DNA from: Candidatus Cybelea sp.
Lineage (GTDB): Bacteria; Vulcanimicrobiota; Vulcanimicrobiia; Vulcanimicrobiales; Vulcanimicrobiaceae
DNA: 64,000 bases
Direction of reading: 5' to 3'
Assembly (NCBI GenBank): GCA_036521375.1
Contig: DATDHW010000048.1
Coordinates: forward strand, 32,345-96,344
The position numbers and the translations under genes were made by a program. How positions within the stretch are numbered: the stretch's first letter is position 1; the number at the start of each line of letters is the position of its first letter. Of this stretch, positions 17,182-24,865 are shown piece after piece. The notes under the pieces were generated by a model, which did no database searches, was not told where the DNA came from, and worked only from the letters and a program-made list of their open reading frames with translations.

Positions 17182-18116
17182 GCTTCGTCGAGATCGTCCG
17201 CGGGATCGGCAACGTCGCCTTCGTCATGGTTATCGCCGGCGCCGTCGCCTACGTCGGCGACCGTGTCGGCCATCAGGTAGGCCGCCGGCGCTTGAGCCTG
17301 TTTGGAATACGCCCGCGTTACACGTCGACGATCGTCGCAATCGCGACCGGTATGGTGATCGCCCTAGTCGTCACGCTCGGCGCGATATTTGCCTCACAAC
17401 AGGTGAAGACGGCTTTCTTTAAGCTCAATTCGATCAACGCGCAGATCGGCGAACTCCAGGCCCGCCAGCGCGATCTCGAAACCAAGGTCAACAGCGGGCG
17501 GCTCGTCTTTCCGGTCGACACGCTAATGGTCCCGTTCTACCGCATCATCGACCAGTCGGCGTCACCCGCCCAGCGCCTGTCGACCGTTCGCGACTACTAC
17601 TTCTTTGCGGTGAAGTACGTCAACGCGACCTATCCCCGCTTGGGGCTGCGCCCATACGTCTTGCCGCCCGACGTAGACAAGAAGCTCAGCGGCGTCGCCA
17701 ACGATCTGACGACCGCGGCGAAGCTCTCGCAGGCCAACGTCATGCTCACCGTGACGTCGGACCAGAATCTGTTCGAAAACGACCAGATCCATTTCGCGAT
17801 CAACGTGACGCCGGACATCCGCTACTTTCGCAAGGGTGAAACCATCGCGCAGCTCGTGATCCCAGGCAAGAGCGGCGCGAGCATCAACATCGCGCTTTCG
17901 CAGCTGCAGAACTACGTCTCGATCACGGCCCGGCGGCTGCAGCTCCCCACGTTCCTTACGGACATTCAGCCGCTTCAGCTAATTCCCGACGCCCAACAGA
18001 TGCAGCAGCGAATATCGCGCCAGGGCACCTTTCTACTCACCGCGTACGTCGCCCAGGATTTCTATCCGCACGTCGGCGGCATCCCGATCGTGATTGTCCT
18101 GACTCCCCGGCCGTGA
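17178..18116 (+). CDS. DUF3084-like membrane-anchored coiled-coil protein
   Basis: ATG at 17178 overlaps the lptF/G stop (ATGA). 'VAFVMVIAGAVAYVGDRVGHQVGRRRLSLFGIRPRYTS' matches my recollection of the cyanobacterial DUF3084 N-terminus. Followed by a second TM segment and a coiled coil ('INAQIGELQARQRDLE'). Confidence 0.45.
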   Translation: MSFVEIVRGIGNVAFVMVIAGAVAYVGDRVGHQVGRRRLSLFGIRPRYTSTIVAIATGMVIALVVTLGAIFASQQVKTAFFKLNSINAQIGELQARQRDLETKVNSGRLVFPVDTLMVPFYRIIDQSASPAQRLSTVRDYYFFAVKYVNATYPRLGLRPYVLPPDVDKKLSGVANDLTTAAKLSQANVMLTVTSDQNLFENDQIHFAINVTPDIRYFRKGETIAQLVIPGKSGASINIALSQLQNYVSITARRLQLPTFLTDIQPLQLIPDAQQMQQRISRQGTFLLTAYVAQDFYPHVGGIPIVIVLTPRP

Positions 18117-18535
18117 GCGCAGACGGGGCGGTGCTGGCTATCGACCCCGGGCGCCGCAAGGCCGGCTACGCGGTGCTCTCGGCGCTCGGCACCGTCCTCG
18201 AGGCCGGCATCGAGCCGGTTGGGGAGCTGGAGCAGCGTGTGGCCGAGCTTCTCGGAAGGCTCGACATCGAGCGCATCGCGATCGGCCGGGGAACCAACGG
18301 CCGTGCCGTTCGCCGGCTCGTCGAGCGCTTCGAGCTGCCGATTTTCTGGGTGGATGAGTTCGAGACGAGCCGCGCCGCCCGAAGCCTCTACTTCGTGGAG
18401 CACCCGCCAAGAGGCTGGCGACGGCTGATCCCGATCGGCCTTCAGATGCCGGGGCGCCCGGTGGACGACTACGCGGCGATCGTCATTGCCCGCCGCTTCC
18501 TCGCAAGGGGACTGGCCGCTCAACCTCCAAGCTAA
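18113..18535 (+). CDS. YqgF/RuvX-like RNase H-fold nuclease
   Basis: 'VLAIDPGRRKAGYAVL' is the first-strand acidic motif. 'WVDEFETSRAA' resembles the YqgF 'DERLTT' block. 'VDDYAAIVIARRFL' resembles the C-terminal helix. GTGA overlap with the upstream gene. Confidence 0.45.
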   Translation: MSADGAVLAIDPGRRKAGYAVLSALGTVLEAGIEPVGELEQRVAELLGRLDIERIAIGRGTNGRAVRRLVERFELPIFWVDEFETSRAARSLYFVEHPPRGWRRLIPIGLQMPGRPVDDYAAIVIARRFLARGLAAQPPS

Positions 18536-18607
18536 GAGACCCCACGCAGAGCACGCTGAGGCGGCAGCGTCGCACGGGGGAATCGACTGGAGAGAAACGG
18601 AGGTTTC

Positions 18608-19606
18608 GTGCGTCGGATCGTCGCCGTCCTAACGAGCGCAGCACTGGCGCTGACGTTGGCTCGTGCCGCACAGGCTAACCTCCTGCCCATGCCACAGTCG
18701 CAACCCGATCTAGCGTCGCAGCTGATGCTGCGTCTTTTCGGCGAGACTGCAGATTCGACGGCATCATTTTCCGCGCAAAGCGGCGATCGCGTCAGCGAGT
18801 CGCCGCTGCACGAGCTCGCGCTTCGCGTACCGGGAACCGATTCGAGCAGCCCGCAGCCGGGAGGCGCTTCTGTCGCCGTGCTGCCGCAACAAATCGCGGT
18901 GAGTAGTCTGGGCACCGATGCATCGTATCTCGCCCGCGCGGCCGACGCCGGTCTCCTCTCTACGCAGATTCGTTTCGCACCGCCGACGTCGCAGCCAAGT
19001 GAGCTTTCGGGTGCGCCGAGTCCGCTACTGACGGTCGCCTATCAACCGGTCGCGCCGGTGCCGAACATCTCTCCTGGTCCGGGTACCCTCGCGTTCGATA
19101 GCACGTCCTCACCCGCTGCGCCCGTACTCACCAAAGATCTGCCGCTGGAGTTCAATCCCGATCTCAAAGCGTCCAGAGGATTCAATCTCAGCGTCTCCGG
19201 TCAGTACGAAGGCTCGGCTCAGAGCGATATCGGCGGCCTTACCGCGACACCGCCCGCCGTGCCGGCGTGGCACTTGCCCGATGCCGACGCCGCATTGGCC
19301 GCTCCGAACTACGCCGGCTCGAATAAGGTTTCTTTGCGGGCGGGTCTGGCGGTTCCGGTCATCCACGGCTTGACGCTCAATCTAAACTACGACGCACAGC
19401 GGTCCTCGGGCGGCTACATCCTGCCGGGCCTCGAGAATCTCGACGCAGCGAACAACTCCTATATCGGGCGGCTCACCTACACGATTCCCTACTCGTCGAG
19501 CACCCTTTCGGTCTCCGCGTACCAGAACCGGTACGGGCAGAGCGTTCTCCCGATCAACGGCTATACGCAAACCGGCGAAGACGTCAACTTCACCGTCAAG
19601 TTTTAG
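18608..19606 (+). CDS. Secreted protein, probable outer-membrane beta-barrel (unknown family)
   Basis: GGAGG 6 nt upstream of the GTG. Signal peptide 'MRRIVAVLTSAALALTLARAAQA'. S/P-rich linker. C-terminal alternating-polarity strands ('LTLNLNYDAQR', 'YIGRLTYTIPY', 'TLSVSAYQNRY'). Terminal 'VNFTVKF' (C-terminal Phe). Confidence 0.45.
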   Translation: MRRIVAVLTSAALALTLARAAQANLLPMPQSQPDLASQLMLRLFGETADSTASFSAQSGDRVSESPLHELALRVPGTDSSSPQPGGASVAVLPQQIAVSSLGTDASYLARAADAGLLSTQIRFAPPTSQPSELSGAPSPLLTVAYQPVAPVPNISPGPGTLAFDSTSSPAAPVLTKDLPLEFNPDLKASRGFNLSVSGQYEGSAQSDIGGLTATPPAVPAWHLPDADAALAAPNYAGSNKVSLRAGLAVPVIHGLTLNLNYDAQRSSGGYILPGLENLDAANNSYIGRLTYTIPYSSSTLSVSAYQNRYGQSVLPINGYTQTGEDVNFTVKF

Positions 19607-19610
19607 GTCG

Positions 19611-20483
19611 CTGCAGTCGCGCCCGCTCTCGTTCTTTCGAGCGTTCGGCGTTGCCGCTCTGGCGTCGCTGCTCGTCGCTCTCGCGCTCGTTCAGTTCGCC
19701 TCCGAGGCACTGTGCGCGCGCGCGGCCGCACCGCATACCATTCCGCACCGAATTCCCCCGCAGTTCGGCGAGCGCGTTTATCTCGTCCTCGACCGGGTCG
19801 CGCCGGCGCCGTACGTCGAGTCGTCGCTGGCGCAGCTCGCGCTCGAACGAGGTGACGCCGCCGCGGCACAGCACTACGCGCTGCGCCTGCCCGCCTCGTC
19901 GAATCGGGACGAGCTTCTATCCCAAGTCGCGCTTGCATCGGGTTCGCGGCAGCTCGCGTTCGAGTACGCGCTGGCGGCCTTTGACGCCGGGGCCGTCGCG
20001 GCGGAAGCGCAACGGCGCGCCGTTGACGACCCGCAGGCCGCCTACGAACTGGAGGATCTCTTGGCGCGGCGTTTGAGCGCGCGCACGACACATCCCGACG
20101 CGCTCGCGCAAACGCATTGGCAAATGGGTCTGTTCGCCAACGAAACGGCCTGGAGAGAGGTGCCCGGAAGTGCGCGGCAGCGCGCCTGGCTGCGCAGAGC
20201 ACTGGCCGAGTTCGAGGCGGCCGCGCGGCTAGCGCCGCTCTCGGAACGCTACGTCATCGCCGACGCCAATCAAGCCGATCTGCTCGACGAACGCGAACGC
20301 GCCGCGCAGCTCTTCCGGCAGGCTGTCGCGATCGATCCAACCAGCGCCGATGGGGTCGCGGGGCTCGGCGTGATCGCCTTTGAAAACGGCGACCGGTCCA
20401 CTGCGAAGCTCTATTTGGCGCGCGCGCGCGCGCTCGATGCGCATTCGTTGATGGTTCGTGCATTGGAACGCGATCTGCGGTGA
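19611..20483 (+). CDS. Membrane-anchored TPR-like repeat protein; only a CTG start is available for the N-terminal 150 aa
   Basis: The listed ORF (TTG 20061) has continuous, sensible in-frame coding upstream: 'QSRPLSFFRAFGVAALASLLVALALVQF...LAQLALERGDAAAAQHYALRL...'. It runs back to a CTG at 19611, 4 nt after the upstream stop. No ATG, GTG or TTG occurs in that frame between 19611 and 20061. TPR-like helices in the C-terminal half. Confidence 0.5.
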   Translation: MQSRPLSFFRAFGVAALASLLVALALVQFASEALCARAAAPHTIPHRIPPQFGERVYLVLDRVAPAPYVESSLAQLALERGDAAAAQHYALRLPASSNRDELLSQVALASGSRQLAFEYALAAFDAGAVAAEAQRRAVDDPQAAYELEDLLARRLSARTTHPDALAQTHWQMGLFANETAWREVPGSARQRAWLRRALAEFEAAARLAPLSERYVIADANQADLLDERERAAQLFRQAVAIDPTSADGVAGLGVIAFENGDRSTAKLYLARARALDAHSLMVRALERDLR

Positions 20484-21505
20484 GGGTCGCGCTCGACGCG
20501 CAGTTAGGCGTCGGCACGGCGACGGGAATCGGCGAGTACGTGACGGGTTTGGCGGCGGCGCTCCGCCACCGCGGCGTCGACTTGGTGGAGCTGCGCGAGC
20601 CGCGGCTCGATCCGTGGCGCTTCGACCGGCGCGTGCGCTGGGACCAAACCGTTCTGCCGCTGCGCGCGCGCTCGAGCGGGGCGGACGTGCTGCACTGCGC
20701 GTCGGGAACGATGCCGCTGCTGCGGCCGATGCCGGTCGTCGTCACCGTCCACGACGTCGCCTGGCTGCACGTGCAAGCACACGCGCGCGCCTACGCGCGG
20801 TACTATTTCGGAAAGTTTTCGCTCGCACAGTACCGCGCGGCCGCCGCGATCGTCGTCGACTCGTCGTTTTCGCGAGGAGCCTTGCTGGAAGTGCTCGACG
20901 GCATCCCCCCGCAGAGCGTGCGGGTCGTGTACCCCGGCGTCTCGCCCGAGTTTTGCGAGATCGCGCGCGGCGCCGGAGACGGACGCACGATCCTTGCCGT
21001 CGGCACCGTCGAGCGACGAAAGAACCTCGAACTGCTGATTGACTTGCTGCCACGGTTGGAGGGCGCCCGTTTGGTCTCGGTCGGACCGCAGACGGAGTAC
21101 GCCGCCGAGTGCGTCGCGCTCGCCGAGCGCCTCAACGTTGCGTCGCGTGTGGAACTGCGCGGATACGTTTCCCGCGAAGAGCTCCTAGCGCTGTACCGGG
21201 AAGCCGCGGTCGTGGCGCTTGCGTCGCGCTACGAAGGATTCGGTTATCCCGCGGCCCAGGCGCTCTGCGCCGGAGTGCCGTGCGTCGTTTCGGACTGCGC
21301 TTCGCTTCCGGAGATCGCCGGTGACGACGCGGTAGTCGCGGGCGTCGACGACGAGCACGCCTGGCTAGCAGCGCTGACGGCGGCGTTGCGCGGGGAGGCC
21401 GAGGCGCACGCGGCCCGCGTTCGGCGCAGCGCGATCGAGCGGTTCTCTTGGGAATCGAGCGCCGCGGCGATGCAGCGCATCTACGAAAGCGTCGCGGGCC
21501 GTTAG
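20480..21505 (+). CDS. Glycosyltransferase family 4 (GT-B)
   Basis: 'RVALDAQLGVGTATGIGEYV' N-terminus. 'ASRYEGFGYPAAQALCAGVPCVVSDCASLPEI' is an E-x7-E-type GT4 block. GTGA overlap with the upstream gene. Confidence 0.8.
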   Translation: MRVALDAQLGVGTATGIGEYVTGLAAALRHRGVDLVELREPRLDPWRFDRRVRWDQTVLPLRARSSGADVLHCASGTMPLLRPMPVVVTVHDVAWLHVQAHARAYARYYFGKFSLAQYRAAAAIVVDSSFSRGALLEVLDGIPPQSVRVVYPGVSPEFCEIARGAGDGRTILAVGTVERRKNLELLIDLLPRLEGARLVSVGPQTEYAAECVALAERLNVASRVELRGYVSREELLALYREAAVVALASRYEGFGYPAAQALCAGVPCVVSDCASLPEIAGDDAVVAGVDDEHAWLAALTAALRGEAEAHAARVRRSAIERFSWESSAAAMQRIYESVAGR

Positions 21506-23118
21506 TAAATCGGTGAGCCCGGGCCGCCCGGCGCTACGCTTCCGTCATCGGGCGCGAAGATCAAACGCAGCGGCAGGCTCGAGCCCGCCTCGGGCATCGT
21601 GACGATCGTTACGCGGACGAAGCCGTGCGCGGGAACGACGTATTGGCGTACTTTGTATCGGGAGTACGCCGGCACTTGGTGCGACTGCACGAGGACCCCG
21701 TCGATGATGTACGTGCCGGTCGCGCGCCCGCCGCGCGGGTTTTCGTAGATCGCAAACGTTTGCGGAGACGAGAGCGGGTTCTGCACGTTTACGACAAAGG
21801 ATTGCAGAACGCCGTAGTCGCCGGCCAGCGCTTGGCCATGCAGATCGTTGGGGAGCGGAAGATGCCCGATCGGCAGCTCTAGGTAATCGGAGTCGACGCG
21901 CCATTGTGTCGCGAAATGAAACTCGGCGACCGGGTAGATGCCGCGCGCGTGTTGGTGAGCTCCTTCGAGCAGTGCCGCAACGGCAATCGGATCGTCGGGA
22001 TTGGCCGTGGCGTCTTGGGCGACCAGCGTGAGGTGAACGTTTCCGCCCGAGAGCACGCGCAGCTGGAGCAGATTGCAGACGATGCTCCCAGCCGGGAGAT
22101 CCTGGACGACGATATTCGCTGAGGTCGACCCGTCGATCGTGATCAGGCGTCCCTGATTCTGCACCAGATCGATCAAAAAGCGTTTGGTCGCGACGTGACC
22201 AACCTCCATCTCGTTGGCGGAGGGACCGCCGCGGCCGCTGATCATTTGAACGATCGAGGGTTCGCGCGAGAGATTCTGCGCACGCAGAACGATTCGGCGA
22301 TCGGGCTGTCCCGGCGGATTGTAATGGAAGTAGAGGAAACGCGACGGTGCCGACGAGCGCAAATCGGCCGTAAAGAGGGTGCCGACCTCCGTCAAGCGCT
22401 CCGGATAGTCGCTGACCATCAGCGAATCGGGCGAGATTCGCGGCACGGCGATGTTTCGGACCTCGACGTGCGTCGAGCCGTCGACCTCTAAGGCATCGCG
22501 CGCTTGAATCAGCACCGGAACGTCGAAGGCGGCGACGTCGTCTTGATTGAGCGTCCCGTGAAACGGAACGTCATCGGTACTGACGATTACCTGCGCTCCG
22601 GTACGGATCTTCGTTCCGTTCTTGATCTCGCGCACGACCTGCTCGCGCACGAAGGCGGCCGCCGCGGGATCGCCCGTGATATCGACGGGGACGCTCGCCG
22701 GAATCGTGCCGGCGAAGAACGCAACGCGTACCGGCACGTCGCGACGAACGCCGCGAGCGTCGGTCAAGGTGATCACCGTTGCGCCGGCCGTTTTGCCGAC
22801 GATCACCAGCCGCTGCGAGGCCGGGTCGATCGCCGCCGTAGCGACGCTGGGGTTGGCGACGGTGACGGTGATCGGCGCGATCGCCGAGCCGACGATGAGG
22901 TTCACCGCGGAGCCGACCGGAACGGAGGCGGCCGCGGGCTCGACCGTGATCGGCGGCGGCGTCGGACCTTGCCCGGGAACTCCGGGCGGCGCGCTAGCCG
23001 AGGGTGACGGGGCGGGCGAGACTGATGGCGAGGGAGACGGTGTTTGGGCTTGCGCCGTGGCGCAGAGCGCGGTTAGGGCGGCGAGAAGCGCCAGCCTACG
23101 CAATTTGCGCTTCGGCAT
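21502..23118 (-). CDS. Secreted protein of unknown function with an N-terminal Ig-like/pilus-N-like domain
   Basis: Signal peptide 'MPKRKLRRLALLAALTALCATAQA'. P/S-rich linker. 'VGSAVNLIVGS...LVIVGKTAGATVITLTDARGVRRDVPVRV' resembles the BON/T2SS-pilus N-terminal beta domain. I do not recognise the remaining ~380 aa. Confidence 0.45.
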   Translation of the reverse strand: MPKRKLRRLALLAALTALCATAQAQTPSPSPSVSPAPSPSASAPPGVPGQGPTPPPITVEPAAASVPVGSAVNLIVGSAIAPITVTVANPSVATAAIDPASQRLVIVGKTAGATVITLTDARGVRRDVPVRVAFFAGTIPASVPVDITGDPAAAAFVREQVVREIKNGTKIRTGAQVIVSTDDVPFHGTLNQDDVAAFDVPVLIQARDALEVDGSTHVEVRNIAVPRISPDSLMVSDYPERLTEVGTLFTADLRSSAPSRFLYFHYNPPGQPDRRIVLRAQNLSREPSIVQMISGRGGPSANEMEVGHVATKRFLIDLVQNQGRLITIDGSTSANIVVQDLPAGSIVCNLLQLRVLSGGNVHLTLVAQDATANPDDPIAVAALLEGAHQHARGIYPVAEFHFATQWRVDSDYLELPIGHLPLPNDLHGQALAGDYGVLQSFVVNVQNPLSSPQTFAIYENPRGGRATGTYIIDGVLVQSHQVPAYSRYKVRQYVVPAHGFVRVTIVTMPEAGSSLPLRLIFAPDDGSVAPGGPGSPIY

Positions 23119-24739
23119 GGCGCACCGCCGATGCCAACAGCGTTTTATAACCGACGCTCGGGAAGAGCACGGTCACCAAATCTCGCTCGGCGCGCTCCAC
23201 CGTTCCCATGCCGAATTTCGCGTGGGAGACGACGTCGGCGATCCGGAATCCGCCGGTCGCCGCGCGTTCGTCCGTTCCGCGCGCCAACGCCGCGATGCAG
23301 TTGTCGCACGCGCCGCAGTTGGTCCGGGCGAAGTCTTCGCCGAAATAGTTCAGGATGAAGCGGCGACGGCAGGAGACGGTCTCCGCGTACTGCAGCATCA
23401 TCGCGAGCTTACTCTGGTCGTAGGACTTTTTGGTGTCGTAGTTTGCCAAGTTCAAGATCAAATCGCGGTGCTTCCGCACGGCCTCCGTCAAGCCGTAGGC
23501 GGACTTGCCTGCGTGCTCGATATAACCGGACTTCTTGAGCAGCGCCAGGATTACTTTGAGCTTGGTCAGCGGGAGCTGAAGAATCTTGCGAAGATCGACC
23601 ATCGAGACGCCCCCCGGCTGATTGCCGAAGACCTCGATCGTGCCGAAGACGCGCTGCACCTCCTCGACGTCGGGGTACTTCCCGGTGAGGAAGTAGTTCT
23701 GCACCCGGGTATCGCTCATGCGATAGATCAGGATACAGCGCGAGTCGAGACCGTCGCGGCCCGCGCGCCCCGCCTCTTGCGTGTACGCCTCGAGCGAACC
23801 CGGCAGGTCGTAGTGCAGGACGAACCGGATGTTCGGCTTGTCGATGCCCAGGCCGAAGGCATTGGTCGCAACGACCGCGCGGATCGCCTCGTCCATGAAC
23901 AGATTGTGAACTGAGGTGCGATCTTCTTTGTGCAGCTTGGAGTGATAGACCGCGGCGGGAATGCCGAGTTCCGTTCGCAGGTAATGCTGCACGTCTAGCG
24001 CGTTCTTGATCGTAGCGGTGTAGATGATGCCCGTTCCGGCGAGCGCGTCATCTCCGGTAAAGAGCGCCGAGAGGATACGCAGCTTGTCCGCCTCCTTGTC
24101 GGCCTTGCGCGCTTCGTAGATTAGATTCGGGCGATCGAATCCGCGCACGATCGGCTTGACCGCTTCGAGTCCGAGCTGATACAGGATGTCTTCGCGGACC
24201 GATGGCGTCGCGGTAGCGGTTAGCGCGAGCACGGTGGGGTGGCCGAGCGCGGTAATGACGCCGCCAAGCGCGAGATAGGCCGGCCGGAAATCGTGTCCCC
24301 ACTGACTGATGCAATGCGCTTCGTCGACGACGAAGAGCGGTACCGCGATCGACTTGAGAAGCCGCAGGAAGGCCTCGTCCTCGAGCTTTTCAGGCGTTGT
24401 ATAGACGATGCGGACGGTCCCCGAGGCGATGCGTTCGCGAGCGCGCAGCTCTTGATCTTCGGAGAGGGTCGAGTTGAGCGCGACGACATCGGTGATCCCG
24501 CGCTCGCGCAGCATGTCGAGCTGATCTTTCATCAAGGCGATGAGCGGGCTGACGACGACGGTCGTACCGTCGAGCAGCAGCGCGGGGAGCTGGTACGTCA
24601 AGCTCTTGCCCGCACCCGTTGCAAGAATAGCCAGCGTATCCTGGCCAGCTAAGACGCGAGAAACGACGTCTTCCTGACCCGGATGAAAATCATCAAATCC
24701 GAATCTCTCTTGAAGTGCTGCGCGCAGATTCACGGGCAT
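23096..24739 (-). CDS. recQ: RecQ-family ATP-dependent DNA helicase (short form, C-terminal small beta-barrel domain)
   Basis: ATG at 24739 is aa 82 of the listed ORF. 'LQERFGFDDFHPGQEDVV', 'TGAGKSLTYQLPA', 'VVDEAHCISQWGHDFRPAY', 'ATNAFGLGIDKPNIRFVLHYDLPGSLEAYTQEAGRAGRDG'. Zn module 'CRRRFILNYFGE...CGACDNC'. The 81-codon N-terminal extension would overlap dnaX and looks non-coding. Confidence 0.9.
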   Translation of the reverse strand: MPVNLRAALQERFGFDDFHPGQEDVVSRVLAGQDTLAILATGAGKSLTYQLPALLLDGTTVVVSPLIALMKDQLDMLRERGITDVVALNSTLSEDQELRARERIASGTVRIVYTTPEKLEDEAFLRLLKSIAVPLFVVDEAHCISQWGHDFRPAYLALGGVITALGHPTVLALTATATPSVREDILYQLGLEAVKPIVRGFDRPNLIYEARKADKEADKLRILSALFTGDDALAGTGIIYTATIKNALDVQHYLRTELGIPAAVYHSKLHKEDRTSVHNLFMDEAIRAVVATNAFGLGIDKPNIRFVLHYDLPGSLEAYTQEAGRAGRDGLDSRCILIYRMSDTRVQNYFLTGKYPDVEEVQRVFGTIEVFGNQPGGVSMVDLRKILQLPLTKLKVILALLKKSGYIEHAGKSAYGLTEAVRKHRDLILNLANYDTKKSYDQSKLAMMLQYAETVSCRRRFILNYFGEDFARTNCGACDNCIAALARGTDERAATGGFRIADVVSHAKFGMGTVERAERDLVTVLFPSVGYKTLLASAVRHAEAQIA

Positions 24740-24865
24740 CTTTCTTAAAGTGGACCCCAGCGAAATCGAACCACCGCCCCCTGGGAAGCAAACTCCATAA
24801 CCGTCTCCCCCGGCGACTCGTTTCACCCATACCCTCCGGCAGGCGCCACCAAACGGTCGGCTAAG

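Noticed and set aside
20418-20436. (GC)n alternating run GCGCGCGCGCGCGCGC inside the TPR gene
   Set aside because: It encodes 'ARARAL' in frame within a coding region. This is a plausible by-product of Ala/Arg codons in a GC-rich genome, with no evidence of a functional repeat.
22622-23914. 430-aa plus-strand ORF
   Set aside because: It lies antisense to the secreted 538-aa protein and to the 3' part of recQ, and it has no motifs.
24740-24865. Looked for an SRP (4.5S/ffs) RNA or tRNA in the recQ-dnaX spacer, because ffs often precedes dnaX in other bacteria
   Set aside because: There is no conserved SRP domain IV sequence (the GGAA/AGCA symmetric-loop context) and no tRNA-like T-arm or acceptor pairing. 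A T-loop-like GGTTCGATT on the minus strand has no matching stem.
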